A stretch of 64,000 nt of DNA, taken from contig OY762911.1 of assembly GCA_963666565.1 (NCBI GenBank), positions 2,432,001-2,496,000 on the forward strand, read 5' to 3'. A program made the position numbers and the translations under genes. The notes below the pieces were generated by a model that did no database searches, was not told the DNA's origin, and worked only from the letters and a program-made list of their open reading frames with translations. Positions 37,377 through 47,450 of this stretch are shown here, in pieces. The DNA comes from Thermoanaerobaculia bacterium (GTDB lineage Bacteria; Acidobacteriota; Thermoanaerobaculia; Multivoradales; Multivoraceae). Every line of letters begins with the position of its first letter. The first letter of the stretch is position 1.

Positions 37377-39758
37377 TCAGCGGACGCCCGCCAGGATCTC
37401 GCCGCCGGCGCGGGCGCCGAGTTCGTGAATCGTGCCGTGGACGAACTCGCGGATCCGGGCGCCGTCCGCGCTCCGCAGGTTCATCTCCAGGTGGTACTGC
37501 TGCACCGGGAGGATTTCCGGGATCTCGACGAACACCGAGCGCCCGTCGGCCGAGAGGGTCGCGGAGGGGATCGCCAGGACGTCCTCGCCAACGCCGTCGC
37601 CGAGCACCCGGTAGTCCTCGGAGCCGTAGCTGGCCTGCCGCAGGTACTGCCAGATCCGCATCGAGTAGTTGCCCGGGTCGGCGGCGGCGTCCGGGTCGAG
37701 CGCGGCGCTGAAGCGCACGACGATGCCGTTCCGCGCGGTCTCGTAGCCGATCGGGATGCGCAGCGGCGCCGCGGTCCGCCGCACGCGGTAGAAGCCGCCG
37801 GCCTGGGTCCGGTCGCCGGCCCAGGCGAACAGGCCGCAGACGTAGAGATGGTCGTCGGCGGGGTTGAACCGGCCCCGGATCAGGCCGGTCGGCGCGGCCG
37901 CGACGGGCAGTTCCGTCACCGCCGCCTGACGGGGCGGGCCGCCGTCGCGGGGGAACGCTTCGTCCAGCAGCACCGAGAACATCTTGCCGTTGCCGTAGGA
38001 CAGGTAGATCAGCGAGCCGTCGACTTCGCCCCAGCGCTCGCTCCGCACCCGTACCGGCGCCGAGGGCGAGCGGTCCACGTCGTGGTGGATCCAGGTCGCG
38101 GGCCGGACGAAGTCGTCGGGATCGCGATCGGGCTCGCGCCAGGCCCGCATGTAGCCGTGGAAGGCGCCGGGCTCGACCCAGTCGATCCGGTTCTCCGGGA
38201 TCCAGTGCCCTTCCTGGTCGGTGACGACGACGCTGCCGTCGGGATTGACCGCCAGCCCGTTCGGGGCCCGGAAGCCCCCCGCGACGATCTCGGTGCTGGC
38301 GCCGTCCGCGGACACCTTGAGGATCGTGCCGTGCTGCGGCACGCGGGCGTCGAAGTCGTGCCCCGCGCCCTTGGCGTAGTAGAAGTTCCCGTCGGCGTCC
38401 GTCTCCAGGCCGACCGCGAACTCGTGGAAGTGGGCCGAAGCCTGGGCGTCGTGGTTGAACGCCTCGTAGCGATCGGCCTCGCCGTCGCCGTTCAGGTCGT
38501 GCAGCCGGGTGATCTGGTCGCGCGACGTGACGAAGATCTCGCCGCCCCGCGTGTTCACGCCGAGCGGTTCGTAGAGCCCGGTGGCGAAGCGCCTCCAGGT
38601 CGCCGCGCCGATCTCCTCGCCGCCCAGTCCGTCGACGATCCAGACGTCGCCCATCCATGTGGCGACCACGGCTCTCCGGCCGCCGTCGAGAAAGTCGAAG
38701 CCGCCGAGGCGCATCCAGGCGCGGTAGGGGTTGTCGAGCGGCGTCGTGATCGCTTCGAGGGCGAACGGACCGCCGCGGCGGCCCAGGACGCGGCTCTCTG
38801 TCGTCAGGGCCTCGGTCCAGCGCGCGGGGCCGCCGCGGGTCAACGGTTCGAGGTCGACCGCCGGCTCGACCCCGGCCGCCCTGGCCAGGAAGCCCGCGTT
38901 CGACCGGCCGCGCCGCCCGATCGCGATCTTGAAGCGGACCGGTTCGTCGCCGGCCGGGACGAGGAGGCGGAGATGGTCGCCGCCGCCGTTGTCGTCGCTG
39001 CCGACCCACCGGACGCCGTCCGGCGCGCCGATCAGCGCCGCGGCGGTGGGACCGCTTCGCTCGCCGCGGTCCCTGGCGGCCGCGCGGGGCGAGCGGAAGC
39101 CGGCGGCCTCGCTGTCCGTCCAGGCGCGGCCTCCCTCCTGGTGGGCCACCTGGATCAGCAGGTCGGCGTCGCGGGGCCCGACGTTCAGCGTGCGGCTGAA
39201 CAGCCCGCCGCCCTCCGAGGCGCCGAGCTCCAGCACCTCCGCGTCGCCGACGCGGTAGTGCAGCACCACCCGGGAACCGTGCAGGTAGTGGCCGAGCCAG
39301 CGGGCGACGGCGCGGTCCTGCGGTCCGAATCGCCGGCCCCCGCGCCCGACGATGCGCGTGTCCCGGAACCCGTCGCCCGCCCGCGACCAGCCCGGCGCGT
39401 CCGGGTTCGTGAACGCGAGATCGCCCACGATCGCCGGCTCCACCTCGTGCCGGCCGTTGTAGTTGATCGAGTTCCAGTCCATGAAGCCGGGTCCGGTCCA
39501 GCCCGCGGCCCAGCGCAGCGTGTCCGTGTCGAAGAGCAGGAACTCGGTCCCCTTCGCGACCCCGCCGGGGCCGTCGTCGACGCGGATGGCGATGCCCTTG
39601 TTCGCGTTGTTGCCCGGCTCGACGATGTACGAGTGGACCTTGAACGGCCCGTAGTCCATGTCGGACCAGCGGTAGCCCGTCAGCTCCTGGCCGGCGGCTG
39701 CGCCGGCGAGCAGGGTAGCGGCTGCGACCGTCAGGCCGGCGGCGGGCGAGTGTCGCAT
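37377..39758 (-). CDS. Secreted DUF6797-like / beta-propeller dehydrogenase-like protein
   Basis: MDYGPF, FDTDTLR, GFRAPNG, TDQEGHW motifs. Confidence 0.7.
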   Translation of the reverse strand: MRHSPAAGLTVAAATLLAGAAAGQELTGYRWSDMDYGPFKVHSYIVEPGNNANKGIAIRVDDGPGGVAKGTEFLLFDTDTLRWAAGWTGPGFMDWNSINYNGRHEVEPAIVGDLAFTNPDAPGWSRAGDGFRDTRIVGRGGRRFGPQDRAVARWLGHYLHGSRVVLHYRVGDAEVLELGASEGGGLFSRTLNVGPRDADLLIQVAHQEGGRAWTDSEAAGFRSPRAAARDRGERSGPTAAALIGAPDGVRWVGSDDNGGGDHLRLLVPAGDEPVRFKIAIGRRGRSNAGFLARAAGVEPAVDLEPLTRGGPARWTEALTTESRVLGRRGGPFALEAITTPLDNPYRAWMRLGGFDFLDGGRRAVVATWMGDVWIVDGLGGEEIGAATWRRFATGLYEPLGVNTRGGEIFVTSRDQITRLHDLNGDGEADRYEAFNHDAQASAHFHEFAVGLETDADGNFYYAKGAGHDFDARVPQHGTILKVSADGASTEIVAGGFRAPNGLAVNPDGSVVVTDQEGHWIPENRIDWVEPGAFHGYMRAWREPDRDPDDFVRPATWIHHDVDRSPSAPVRVRSERWGEVDGSLIYLSYGNGKMFSVLLDEAFPRDGGPPRQAAVTELPVAAAPTGLIRGRFNPADDHLYVCGLFAWAGDRTQAGGFYRVRRTAAPLRIPIGYETARNGIVVRFSAALDPDAAADPGNYSMRIWQYLRQASYGSEDYRVLGDGVGEDVLAIPSATLSADGRSVFVEIPEILPVQQYHLEMNLRSADGARIREFVHGTIHELGARAGGEILAGVR

Positions 39759-39814
39759 GTGAGCGGAGGATTCTAGCCGTGCGGTTTTTCGTGAAGGGAA
39801 CGTCGGACACGCGC

Positions 39815-40207
39815 TCAGGGTGGAGAACAGGCGGGCAGGAGCGTCAACCCGCCGTGCGTCGCGAAATGACGGAAGTCCCGATCGCGCGTGACGAGGGGCA
39901 GGTCATGGTCCAGGCAGGATTGACAGATCAACGTGTCCGCCAAGTTGGCGCGCAGTCCCTTCGCCAGAATGGCGGCTCGAAGAGTTGCAGCCCGCTCCCA
40001 GTAGCCGGGTGTCACCTGCAGCACGGGAAGCTGACGGATGAGCGCCTTGGTGTCTTCGTCCGCCCTGGGGCTGCTGAGGAGTTCTGTCAGGACCGGCGGA
40101 GGCAGGACTCCGATACAGAGGATCAACGCCTCCTGGACGGCACTGACGTCAGCCCCTTCGCCTCCTTCCAGGTAGGCGATGAGCGAGCTCGTGTCGAGCG
40201 CGATCAA
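39815..40207 (-). CDS. vapC: PIN-domain toxin VapC
   Basis: LDTSSLI, VLTELL, ADTLI, LVTRDRDF motifs. Confidence 0.9.
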   Translation of the reverse strand: MIALDTSSLIAYLEGGEGADVSAVQEALILCIGVLPPPVLTELLSSPRADEDTKALIRQLPVLQVTPGYWERAATLRAAILAKGLRANLADTLICQSCLDHDLPLVTRDRDFRHFATHGGLTLLPACSPP

Positions 40208-40222
40208 GGCACTGCCGTGGCG

Positions 40223-40444
40223 CTAGTCTTCCCGGAGCCGCTTCAGGTCGAGATCGAACCGGACCTTTCCGCGCAGAGCACGGAGTTTGCCGTAGGCTTC
40301 GCGCGCGGCAACGAGGTGCAAGCCTTGGCGGACCGTCTCCGTGATCCCGGAGCCGCTCGCCCGACGGGCGCGCTGGAGAAGCGCGTTCGGCACGTGAACC
40401 GTGATCTTCTGGAGTGCTTCGCTCCGGTCTGCCGGTCCGTTCAT
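40223..40444 (-). CDS. VapB-like RHH antitoxin
   Basis: KITVHVP..LL.RA...TETVRQGL; directly upstream of vapC. Confidence 0.8.
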   Translation of the reverse strand: MNGPADRSEALQKITVHVPNALLQRARRASGSGITETVRQGLHLVAAREAYGKLRALRGKVRFDLDLKRLRED

Positions 40445-40554
40445 GGGTGCACCGTACCATAGTCGATGCCATGTGGCGTTACGGCATGCGACTCGTTGCA
40501 AGAGAGTTCGCGGCGTGTCATAACCTCCGCCCTCGGAGCAACAGGGAGTTCGCG

Positions 40555-41091
40555 ATGAAGAAGACGGTTCTTTGGCTTGCCGGGGCGGTTGCCGTCCTGA
40601 TCCTCTTCAGCCTCGGCTACGGTGTCGGCTGGTTCGTCCACGCCGCCGGCGTCGGCCGCACGGTGCCGGTCGAGGAACTCTCGGAGCGCGAGCGGGCGTT
40701 CGTCGAGCGGATGCGGAACGTCGACCTGGTCGGCCACTTCACGATCGAGGGGATCGAAGGGCTCGAGGACGTCGAAGGCGTGCAGCGCGACCGGAACCCG
40801 GAGCGCTACGAGATCGCCAGCGTCGCGAAGATCGACGGCCCGGGCGACCGCTGGCGGTTCGACGTGCGGGTCGTCTACATGACGGTGGACGTGACCCTGC
40901 CGGTCGTCGTGCCGATCGTCTGGGCGGGCGACACGCCGATGGTCAGCATCACGGACTTCGAGATCCCGGGCCTGGGCGAGCAGTTCGGCGCGCGGGTGCT
41001 GTTCTACGACGAGCGCTACGCCGGGACGTGGGACCACGGGCCGTACGGCGGGATGATGTACGGCACGATCGAGCCGGCCGCGTCCGAGTAG
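40555..41091 (+). CDS. Hypothetical exported protein
   Basis: N-terminal TM segment, RBS, host-like codon usage. Confidence 0.75.
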   Translation: MKKTVLWLAGAVAVLILFSLGYGVGWFVHAAGVGRTVPVEELSERERAFVERMRNVDLVGHFTIEGIEGLEDVEGVQRDRNPERYEIASVAKIDGPGDRWRFDVRVVYMTVDVTLPVVVPIVWAGDTPMVSITDFEIPGLGEQFGARVLFYDERYAGTWDHGPYGGMMYGTIEPAASE

Positions 41092-41096
41092 AGACC

Positions 41097-41261
41097 GGGT
41101 GCGCGGGTCTTCCGACCCGCTCTCCGGGCGAAGCCGCGAAGCGGCGCAGCCCGGACAACGAGGTCGCCGGCCAAAGGCCGGCGACGATGCTGGCGGCCGC
41201 CTGCGGCGGCAAGCGGGTCGGAAGACCCGCGCACCCAGTGGGTCAGAAGACCCGCGCACCC
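41097..41261. repeat. REPIN-like element (one forward and two inverted REPs) between convergent genes
   Basis: Copies at 41097, 41213 and 41238. Confidence 0.8.
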
Positions 41262-41269
41262 GGCGACGC

Positions 41270-44200
41270 CTACCAGGTGTCGATGTTCCTCCGCTTCTTG
41301 CCGTCGCGAACCGGGGGCGGCGGCACGGAGTCGAGGGTGCGGGCGATCCAGCGCCGGGAGTCGGCGGGGTCGATCACGTCGTCGACGGCGAACGACGCTC
41401 CCGCGGTCAGGGCGCTGCCGCGTTCGTAGGCCGCCGCGACGAGTTCCTCGTAGCGGGCGCGGCGTTCCTCGGGGTCGTCGATGGCCGCCAGCTCGTTGCG
41501 GAAGCCGAGCTTGACCTGGCCTTCCAGCCCCATGCCGCCGAACTCCGCCGTCGGCCAGGCGACGGTGAAGAACGGCTCCTTCAGGTCGCCGCCGGCCATG
41601 GCCTGGGCGCCGAGACCGTAGGCCTTGCGCAGCACGATCGTCAGCGACGGCACCGTGATGTTGGCGCCGACGACGAACAGCCGGCAGCAGTGCCGCACCA
41701 GGGCGGTGCGCTCGATCTCGGGGCCGACCATCATGCCCGGCGTGTCGCAGAGCACGAGCACGGGAATGTCGAAGGCGTCGCAGAGCTGGAGGAAGCGGGC
41801 GCCCTTGTCCGAGCCGTCGCTGTCGATGGCGCCGGACAGGAACTCCGGGTTGTTGGCCAGGATCCCCACCGGCCGCCCCTCGATCCGGACCAGGGCGGTC
41901 ACCATGCCGAGGCCGAACGCGGGCCGCAGTTCCAGCACGCTGCCGGTGTCGGCCAGGGTGTGGATCACCTCGCGGATGTCGTACACGCGCAGGCGGTTCT
42001 CGGGAACGACCCGGCGCAGCAGGCGCTGATCGGGCGCTTCCCAGTCCTCGGTCCGTCCCTGGAAGTAGGACAGGTACTGCCTGGCGACGGCCACCGCCTC
42101 CTCTTCGTCCTGGACCGCGACGTCGACGACGCCGTTCGGCACCTGGACGTCCATCGGGCCGACTTCCTCCGGCCGGAACACGCCCAGGCCGCCGCCCTCG
42201 ATCAGCGCCGGGCCGCCCATGCCGATGCTCGAGTCGGCGGTGGCGACGATCACGTCGCAGCAGCCGAGCAGCGCCGCGTTGCCGGCGAAGCAGAAGCGCG
42301 AGATGATGCCGACGATCGGCACCAGGCCGGAGAGCCGCGCGAAGGACGTGAAGGTCGGCGTGTCGAGCGGCCGGTAGGTCTCGTCGCTCCGGCCCTGGCC
42401 GGCCTTCGTCGTCGAGGCGCCGCCCTTGCGCTTGCCGCCGGTGCCGGCGCGGCCGCCGCCGCCCTCGGCGAACAGGACGACGGGCCGCTTCCAGCGATGG
42501 GCCAGCTCGACCATCCGGTCGGTCTTCGGATGGTTGAGAGCGCCCTGGGTGCCGGCGAGGACGGTGTAGTCGTAGGCCATGACGACGCAGCGCGAGCGGT
42601 CGTCGGGGAAGAGGTCGCCGTTGATCGAGCCGACGCCGGTGACCATGCCGTCGGTCGGGAACTTGCGGATGATCTCCTGCTTGGGGAGGCCCGTGCCGGG
42701 CGTGAGCACGAGTTGACCGTGCTCGACGAAGCTGCCCTCGTCGCAGAGGTCGTCGATGTTCTCGCGGGCGGTTCGCTGGTTCGTGGTGCGGCGCTTCCGG
42801 ACCGCGTCGGGCCGGGCGTCGTCCAGGGTCACCGCGTGGCGCTCGAGCACCTCGGCGAGATCGGGCCGGACGGCGTCGAGGTCGATCTCGCCCTCTTCGT
42901 CGCCGGTTGCGGCCGCCACGTCCCCTTCCTCGATCAGGGCCAGGACGTGGCCTTCCCAGACCGCGTCGCCGGCGGCCGCGCGCAGGTCGCGCAGCACGCC
43001 GCCGACTTCGGAGCGGATCTCGTGCTCCATCTTCATCGCTTCCATGATGAAGAGGATCCGGCCGGGAGCGATCTGCTCGCCCGGTTCCCCCTCGACGCTC
43101 AGCACGGTGCCCTGCATGGGCGCGCGCAGCGCGGTGAGCCCCTCGGGAACGGGAGTCGAATCGACGGGCGGCGGCTCGGCGGTGCGCACGCCGGCCGAGG
43201 GCGCGCCGGACTTGCCGTGGTCGAGCACCGCCAACGGGTCGACGGCGTCGACCTTGACGCCGGCGAGTCCGCGGCCCCCGTCCGCGAGGCCAGGGTCCCC
43301 TCCCGCGAGGCCACCGTTCCCGCTCGCGAGTCCGCAGCCCCCGTTTTCGGCGTCCCCGGCGCTCTCGCCGGCCCGGCGGGGACGTTCCTCGAGCGCGGCC
43401 GCGGCTTCGACCAGTTCGGGCAGCCGCTCGTCGACGAAGCGCGTGTGGACGTTCCATGCCCGGACCTCGGCGTGGCCCAGCAGCGCCCGCAGGAAGGAGG
43501 CGTTCGTGTCGATGCCGTCCGTCCGGAAGTCGCCGAGCGCGCGGGAGGTCCGCGCCAGCGCGGCGCCGACGTCGGCCGCCGGCGTGCGCCCCACGACCTT
43601 CGCGAGCAGGGAGTCGAAGCGGGGATTCGTCCGGTAGCCGGCGTAGCCGAACGTGTCCGTCCGCACGCCCGGCCCGGAGGGCGGCTCGAAGGCCGCCAGC
43701 ACGCCGCCGCCCGGCACCACGCGGCCGTCCGCGGCCATCGTTTCCATGTTGACCCGGGCCTGGACCGCGCAGCCGCGAGGCGTTGGCCGCTCGCCCGCCG
43801 ACCGCGCGCCGGGACCGGTTTGCGCGCGCCCGGCGCCGCGGTCCGCGGGATCCGGCGCGTCCTCCCGGCCGAAGCCCAGGTCGGCGAGCAGGCGTCCGCG
43901 GGCGAGTTCGAGCTGGAGGTGGACGAGGTCCACTCCGAAGACCTCCTCCGTCACCGTGTGCTCGACCTGGAGCCGGGCGTTCGCCTCGATGAAGAAGAAC
44001 CGCGGCTCGGCGCCCGCTCCCTCCCCGGTCTCGACCAGGAACTCGACCGTGCCCAGGTTGCGGTAGCCGACCGCCGCCGCGAGGGTGAGCGCCGCCTCCC
44101 GCATCGCCGCGCGCAGGCCGTCCGGCAACGCGGGCGCGGGCGCGATCTCGATCAGCTTCTGGTGGCGGCGCTGCAGGCTGCAGTCGCGGTCGCCGAAGTG

Positions 44201-44860
44201 GGTGACCGCGCCGCTGTCGTCGGCCGCGATCTGGACCTCGACGTGGCGAACGGCCGAGAGGAGTTGCTCGACGAATACGCCGTCGTTGCCGAAGGCCGCG
44301 CCGGCCTCGGACGTGGCGCGCCGGTAGGCGTCCTCGATCTCGTCGGCCGTTCGGACGATCCTCATCCCGCGGCCGCCGCCGCCCCCGACCGCCTTGATCA
44401 GCATCGAGGCGCCGTCCGGCAGTCCGTCGAAGAACGCACGGGCCCGTTCCAGCGACACCGCCCCGGAGATCCCGGGCACGACGGGCACGCCGTGTTCTTC
44501 GGCGAGAGCGCGCGCCCGCGCCTTGTCGCCGAACAGCTCCAGCGCTTCCGGCGGCGGTCCGACGAACGTGAGGCCGGCCTCGACGCAGGAGCGGGCGAAG
44601 CCGGCGTTCTCGCTCAGGAAGCCGTAGCCGGGGTGGACCGCGTCGCACCCGTGTTCCGTGGCGGCGCGGATCGACTGCTCGCCGTCGAGATACGCGGCCG
44701 GGCCGGCGCCGCGAAGCGCCGCCGCCTCGTCCGCCCTCGACGCGTGAAGCGATTCGGCGTCGTCCTCGGAGAACGCGGCGACCGCCGGCACGCCGAGTTC
44801 CGCCGCGGCGCGGGCGATGCGGACCGCGATCTCGCCGCGGTTGGCGATCAGGAGCTTCAT
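41270..44860 (-). CDS. Single-chain biotin-dependent acyl-CoA carboxylase (BC-BCCP-CT)
   Basis: ANRGEIA, HPGYGFLSE, GGGGRGM, EAMKM biotin site, carboxyltransferase motifs. Confidence 0.93.
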   Translation of the reverse strand: MKLLIANRGEIAVRIARAAAELGVPAVAAFSEDDAESLHASRADEAAALRGAGPAAYLDGEQSIRAATEHGCDAVHPGYGFLSENAGFARSCVEAGLTFVGPPPEALELFGDKARARALAEEHGVPVVPGISGAVSLERARAFFDGLPDGASMLIKAVGGGGGRGMRIVRTADEIEDAYRRATSEAGAAFGNDGVFVEQLLSAVRHVEVQIAADDSGAVTHFGDRDCSLQRRHQKLIEIAPAPALPDGLRAAMREAALTLAAAVGYRNLGTVEFLVETGEGAGAEPRFFFIEANARLQVEHTVTEEVFGVDLVHLQLELARGRLLADLGFGREDAPDPADRGAGRAQTGPGARSAGERPTPRGCAVQARVNMETMAADGRVVPGGGVLAAFEPPSGPGVRTDTFGYAGYRTNPRFDSLLAKVVGRTPAADVGAALARTSRALGDFRTDGIDTNASFLRALLGHAEVRAWNVHTRFVDERLPELVEAAAALEERPRRAGESAGDAENGGCGLASGNGGLAGGDPGLADGGRGLAGVKVDAVDPLAVLDHGKSGAPSAGVRTAEPPPVDSTPVPEGLTALRAPMQGTVLSVEGEPGEQIAPGRILFIMEAMKMEHEIRSEVGGVLRDLRAAAGDAVWEGHVLALIEEGDVAAATGDEEGEIDLDAVRPDLAEVLERHAVTLDDARPDAVRKRRTTNQRTARENIDDLCDEGSFVEHGQLVLTPGTGLPKQEIIRKFPTDGMVTGVGSINGDLFPDDRSRCVVMAYDYTVLAGTQGALNHPKTDRMVELAHRWKRPVVLFAEGGGGRAGTGGKRKGGASTTKAGQGRSDETYRPLDTPTFTSFARLSGLVPIVGIISRFCFAGNAALLGCCDVIVATADSSIGMGGPALIEGGGLGVFRPEEVGPMDVQVPNGVVDVAVQDEEEAVAVARQYLSYFQGRTEDWEAPDQRLLRRVVPENRLRVYDIREVIHTLADTGSVLELRPAFGLGMVTALVRIEGRPVGILANNPEFLSGAIDSDGSDKGARFLQLCDAFDIPVLVLCDTPGMMVGPEIERTALVRHCCRLFVVGANITVPSLTIVLRKAYGLGAQAMAGGDLKEPFFTVAWPTAEFGGMGLEGQVKLGFRNELAAIDDPEERRARYEELVAAAYERGSALTAGASFAVDDVIDPADSRRWIARTLDSVPPPPVRDGKKRRNIDTW

Positions 44861-44923
44861 CGGAACCACACGAACCTTGCCGATCCGGAAGGGCGGCTCG
44901 GAAGGGCGCTATCCTACGCCCCC

Positions 44924-45949
44924 ATGAGAGTCCTTCGTACCCCCGACGAGCGCTTCGCCAACCTGCCCGACTTCGACTACGAGCCGCGCTACACCCTCGT
45001 CCCCAGGGGCGACGGCGAGGGCGAGGGCCTCCGGATTCACCACGTGGAGGCGGGCCCGGCGGACGGTCCGCCGGTCCTGCTGATGCACGGCCAGCCGACC
45101 TGGAGCTTCCTCTACCGCCGGATGATCCCGGTGCTGGCGGAGCGGGGGATGCGCGTCATGGCGCCCGACCTCGTCGGCTACGGCCGGTCCGACAAGCCGA
45201 CCGAGCGGGACGACTACACCTACCAGCGTCAGGTCGACTGGCTGAGCGCCTGGCTGCGGAGCAACGGCGTGATGCGCGCGACCCTGGTCGGCCAGGACTG
45301 GGGCGGCCTGGTCGGGCTGCGGATGGCGGCCCTCGACCCGGCCCGCTTCGACCGCATCGTCGCCGCGAACACCGCCCTGCCGCTGCCGATGGACGTGCCG
45401 GACGAGACGGTGGAGAAGATCGCGAAGTTCCGGGCCGAGGCGCCGACGCCGACCGTCGTGGAGATGCAGCGGCAGATCTCGCAGATGGGAACCGAGCCGG
45501 CCGAGAAGTTCGCGTACTGGCAGAAATGGACCTGGGAGACCGAGGACATTCCGGTCGGGGCTTTGCTCGGCGGCATGGCCGACGGGGTGACGCTCACGCC
45601 CGAAGAGGTCGCGGCCTACGACGCGCCCTTCCCCGACCCGTCGTACAAGGCGGGGATCCGGGCCATGCCGAGCCGGGTGCCGATGCTGCCGAACGACCCC
45701 TCCGTGCCGGCCCAGATGGAGGCCTGGAAGACGTTCTCGGAGTGGACGAAGCCGTTCCTCTGCGCCTTCTCGGACAACGACCCGGTGACGGCGGCGGCGC
45801 GGCGGCCGTTCGAGGAGCGCATTCCGGGGGCCAAGGGGCAGCCCCACCGGACGATCGAGGGCGGCGGGCACTTCCTCCAGGAGGGCCGGGGCGTGGAACT
45901 GGCCACGATCGTCGCCGACTTCATCGAACGGACGCCGGCGGGCGGGTAG
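44924..45949 (+). CDS. Haloalkane dehalogenase
   Basis: LRTPDERF, HGQPTWS, QDWGG nucleophile, AYDAPFP, GHFLQE. Confidence 0.9.
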   Translation: MRVLRTPDERFANLPDFDYEPRYTLVPRGDGEGEGLRIHHVEAGPADGPPVLLMHGQPTWSFLYRRMIPVLAERGMRVMAPDLVGYGRSDKPTERDDYTYQRQVDWLSAWLRSNGVMRATLVGQDWGGLVGLRMAALDPARFDRIVAANTALPLPMDVPDETVEKIAKFRAEAPTPTVVEMQRQISQMGTEPAEKFAYWQKWTWETEDIPVGALLGGMADGVTLTPEEVAAYDAPFPDPSYKAGIRAMPSRVPMLPNDPSVPAQMEAWKTFSEWTKPFLCAFSDNDPVTAAARRPFEERIPGAKGQPHRTIEGGGHFLQEGRGVELATIVADFIERTPAGG

Positions 45950-46171
45950 CTCGGTCGTGGCGTCCGGCAGGGAGCGTGCCGCGGCGGCGGACCGTGTCGC
46001 CTCGCGGCCCGGCGCGGGGGACGAGAGGTAACGGCGTTCGGCCGGCAGCCACCGGATGGAACGCATCTGCCGCGTGCCGCCGGACCGCGTGACGCGCGAG
46101 CCGTACTGAACCGGGCGCCGGATCGCGCCAACGCGCTCGGCGGCGAGTTCCCCCGCAAGGCAGCCAGGCGC

Positions 46172-46678
46172 TCAGGCCACGACGACGCGATAGAGCAGAA
46201 AGATCAGGGAGACGGTCGTGCCCGTGTAGACGGTCGCGCCGGTCCCCATGATCCACAGCATGAGCTTCATCCGGCTCTCCATGCCGTCGAATCTGGCCTC
46301 CATGCCTTCGAATCTCGCGTCCATCCGGTCTTCCAGACCCTTGAACCTGGCGTTCATCTCGTCTCTCAGCCCGTCGATCCTGGCGTCCAGCCTTGCGAAC
46401 TCGCCCCGCGTCTCGGTGCGGAAGTTGGCGAAGCCGTGCTTCAGTTCGGTCACGTCGGTCTTGAGTACCGCGACGTCGGTCTTGAGCGTGGTCACGTCGG
46501 CCTTGAGCGTGGTCACGTCGGCCTTGAGCGTGGTCACGTCGGCCTTGAGTTCGCGTCGTTCGGCGGCGGTGCCGCTGAGGTCGACCAGCGCCTGCGCCTG
46601 ATTGTCGTCGAAGCCGACGTTCCTGAGGGCTTTCCTCGTCATCGTCGCGTCCGACTCTACTACTGCCGCTCTTTGCAT
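46172..46678 (-). CDS. DUF1640/CCDC90-like coiled-coil protein with C-terminal TM anchor
   Basis: GFDDNQAQAL, KADVTTL heptads encoded by 21-bp tandem repeats, C-terminal TM. Confidence 0.75.
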   Translation of the reverse strand: MQRAAVVESDATMTRKALRNVGFDDNQAQALVDLSGTAAERRELKADVTTLKADVTTLKADVTTLKTDVAVLKTDVTELKHGFANFRTETRGEFARLDARIDGLRDEMNARFKGLEDRMDARFEGMEARFDGMESRMKLMLWIMGTGATVYTGTTVSLIFLLYRVVVA

Positions 46679-46834
46679 GGCTCGTACTCCCGTTGCGTGG
46701 TCCTTCGTCGCCCGGACGGTTTCCGGGGCTCTACAGAACCAGGACGGATTTCGGCCCCGAGAACCCTGTGTCGACGCCGCGAGCGGCCAGGATGCGGGGC
46801 GACGGGGCTTCGTGGGCCGGGGTACGATGCCGCC

Positions 46835-47440
46835 ATGCTCGGCACGACGCTGGACGCCTCGGCGTACCTGGACCGGCTGCGTGCCGAACTCTCGAAGATC
46901 GACACGGCGGCGGTGGAGCGCTGGGCGGATTTCGTCTTCGACGCGTGGACCCGGGGCGGCACGCTCTACCTCGCCGGCAACGGCGGTTCCGCCGCGGCCG
47001 CAAGCCACCTGAGCGTCGACCTGGGCAAGGGCACGGTCGCGGCGGACGCGCTGCGCGACGAGTCGCACCGCCGGCTGCGGGTGGTCAGCCTGACCGACAA
47101 CGTGCCCTGGGTCACGGCGGTCGCGAACGACCTGGACTACGAGCAGGTCTTCGTTCAGCAGTTGATGAGCGCCGCCGTGTCGGGCGACGCGCTGATCGCC
47201 TTCAGCGGTTCGGGCGACAGCCCGAACGTGCTGGCCGCGGTCGACTGGGCGAACCGCCACGGGCTCCGCACCTTCGGCGTGACGGGGTTCGACGGCGGCC
47301 GGCTGAAGGAGATTCAGCAGGACGGCATGCACGTCGACCTGGACGACATGGCGATGGTCGAGAGCCTGCACGTGAGCCTCTTCCACTGGGTCGTGGACGA
47401 CGTCCACGCCCGCACCCAGGGCATCGGGCGCTACGCCTGA
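46835..47440 (+). CDS. SIS-domain phosphoheptose isomerase-like protein (GmhA family)
   Basis: GNGGSAAAASH, ANDLDYEQVF, SGSGDSPNV motifs. Confidence 0.85.
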   Translation: MLGTTLDASAYLDRLRAELSKIDTAAVERWADFVFDAWTRGGTLYLAGNGGSAAAASHLSVDLGKGTVAADALRDESHRRLRVVSLTDNVPWVTAVANDLDYEQVFVQQLMSAAVSGDALIAFSGSGDSPNVLAAVDWANRHGLRTFGVTGFDGGRLKEIQQDGMHVDLDDMAMVESLHVSLFHWVVDDVHARTQGIGRYA

Positions 47441-47450
47441 GGACGTCGCC

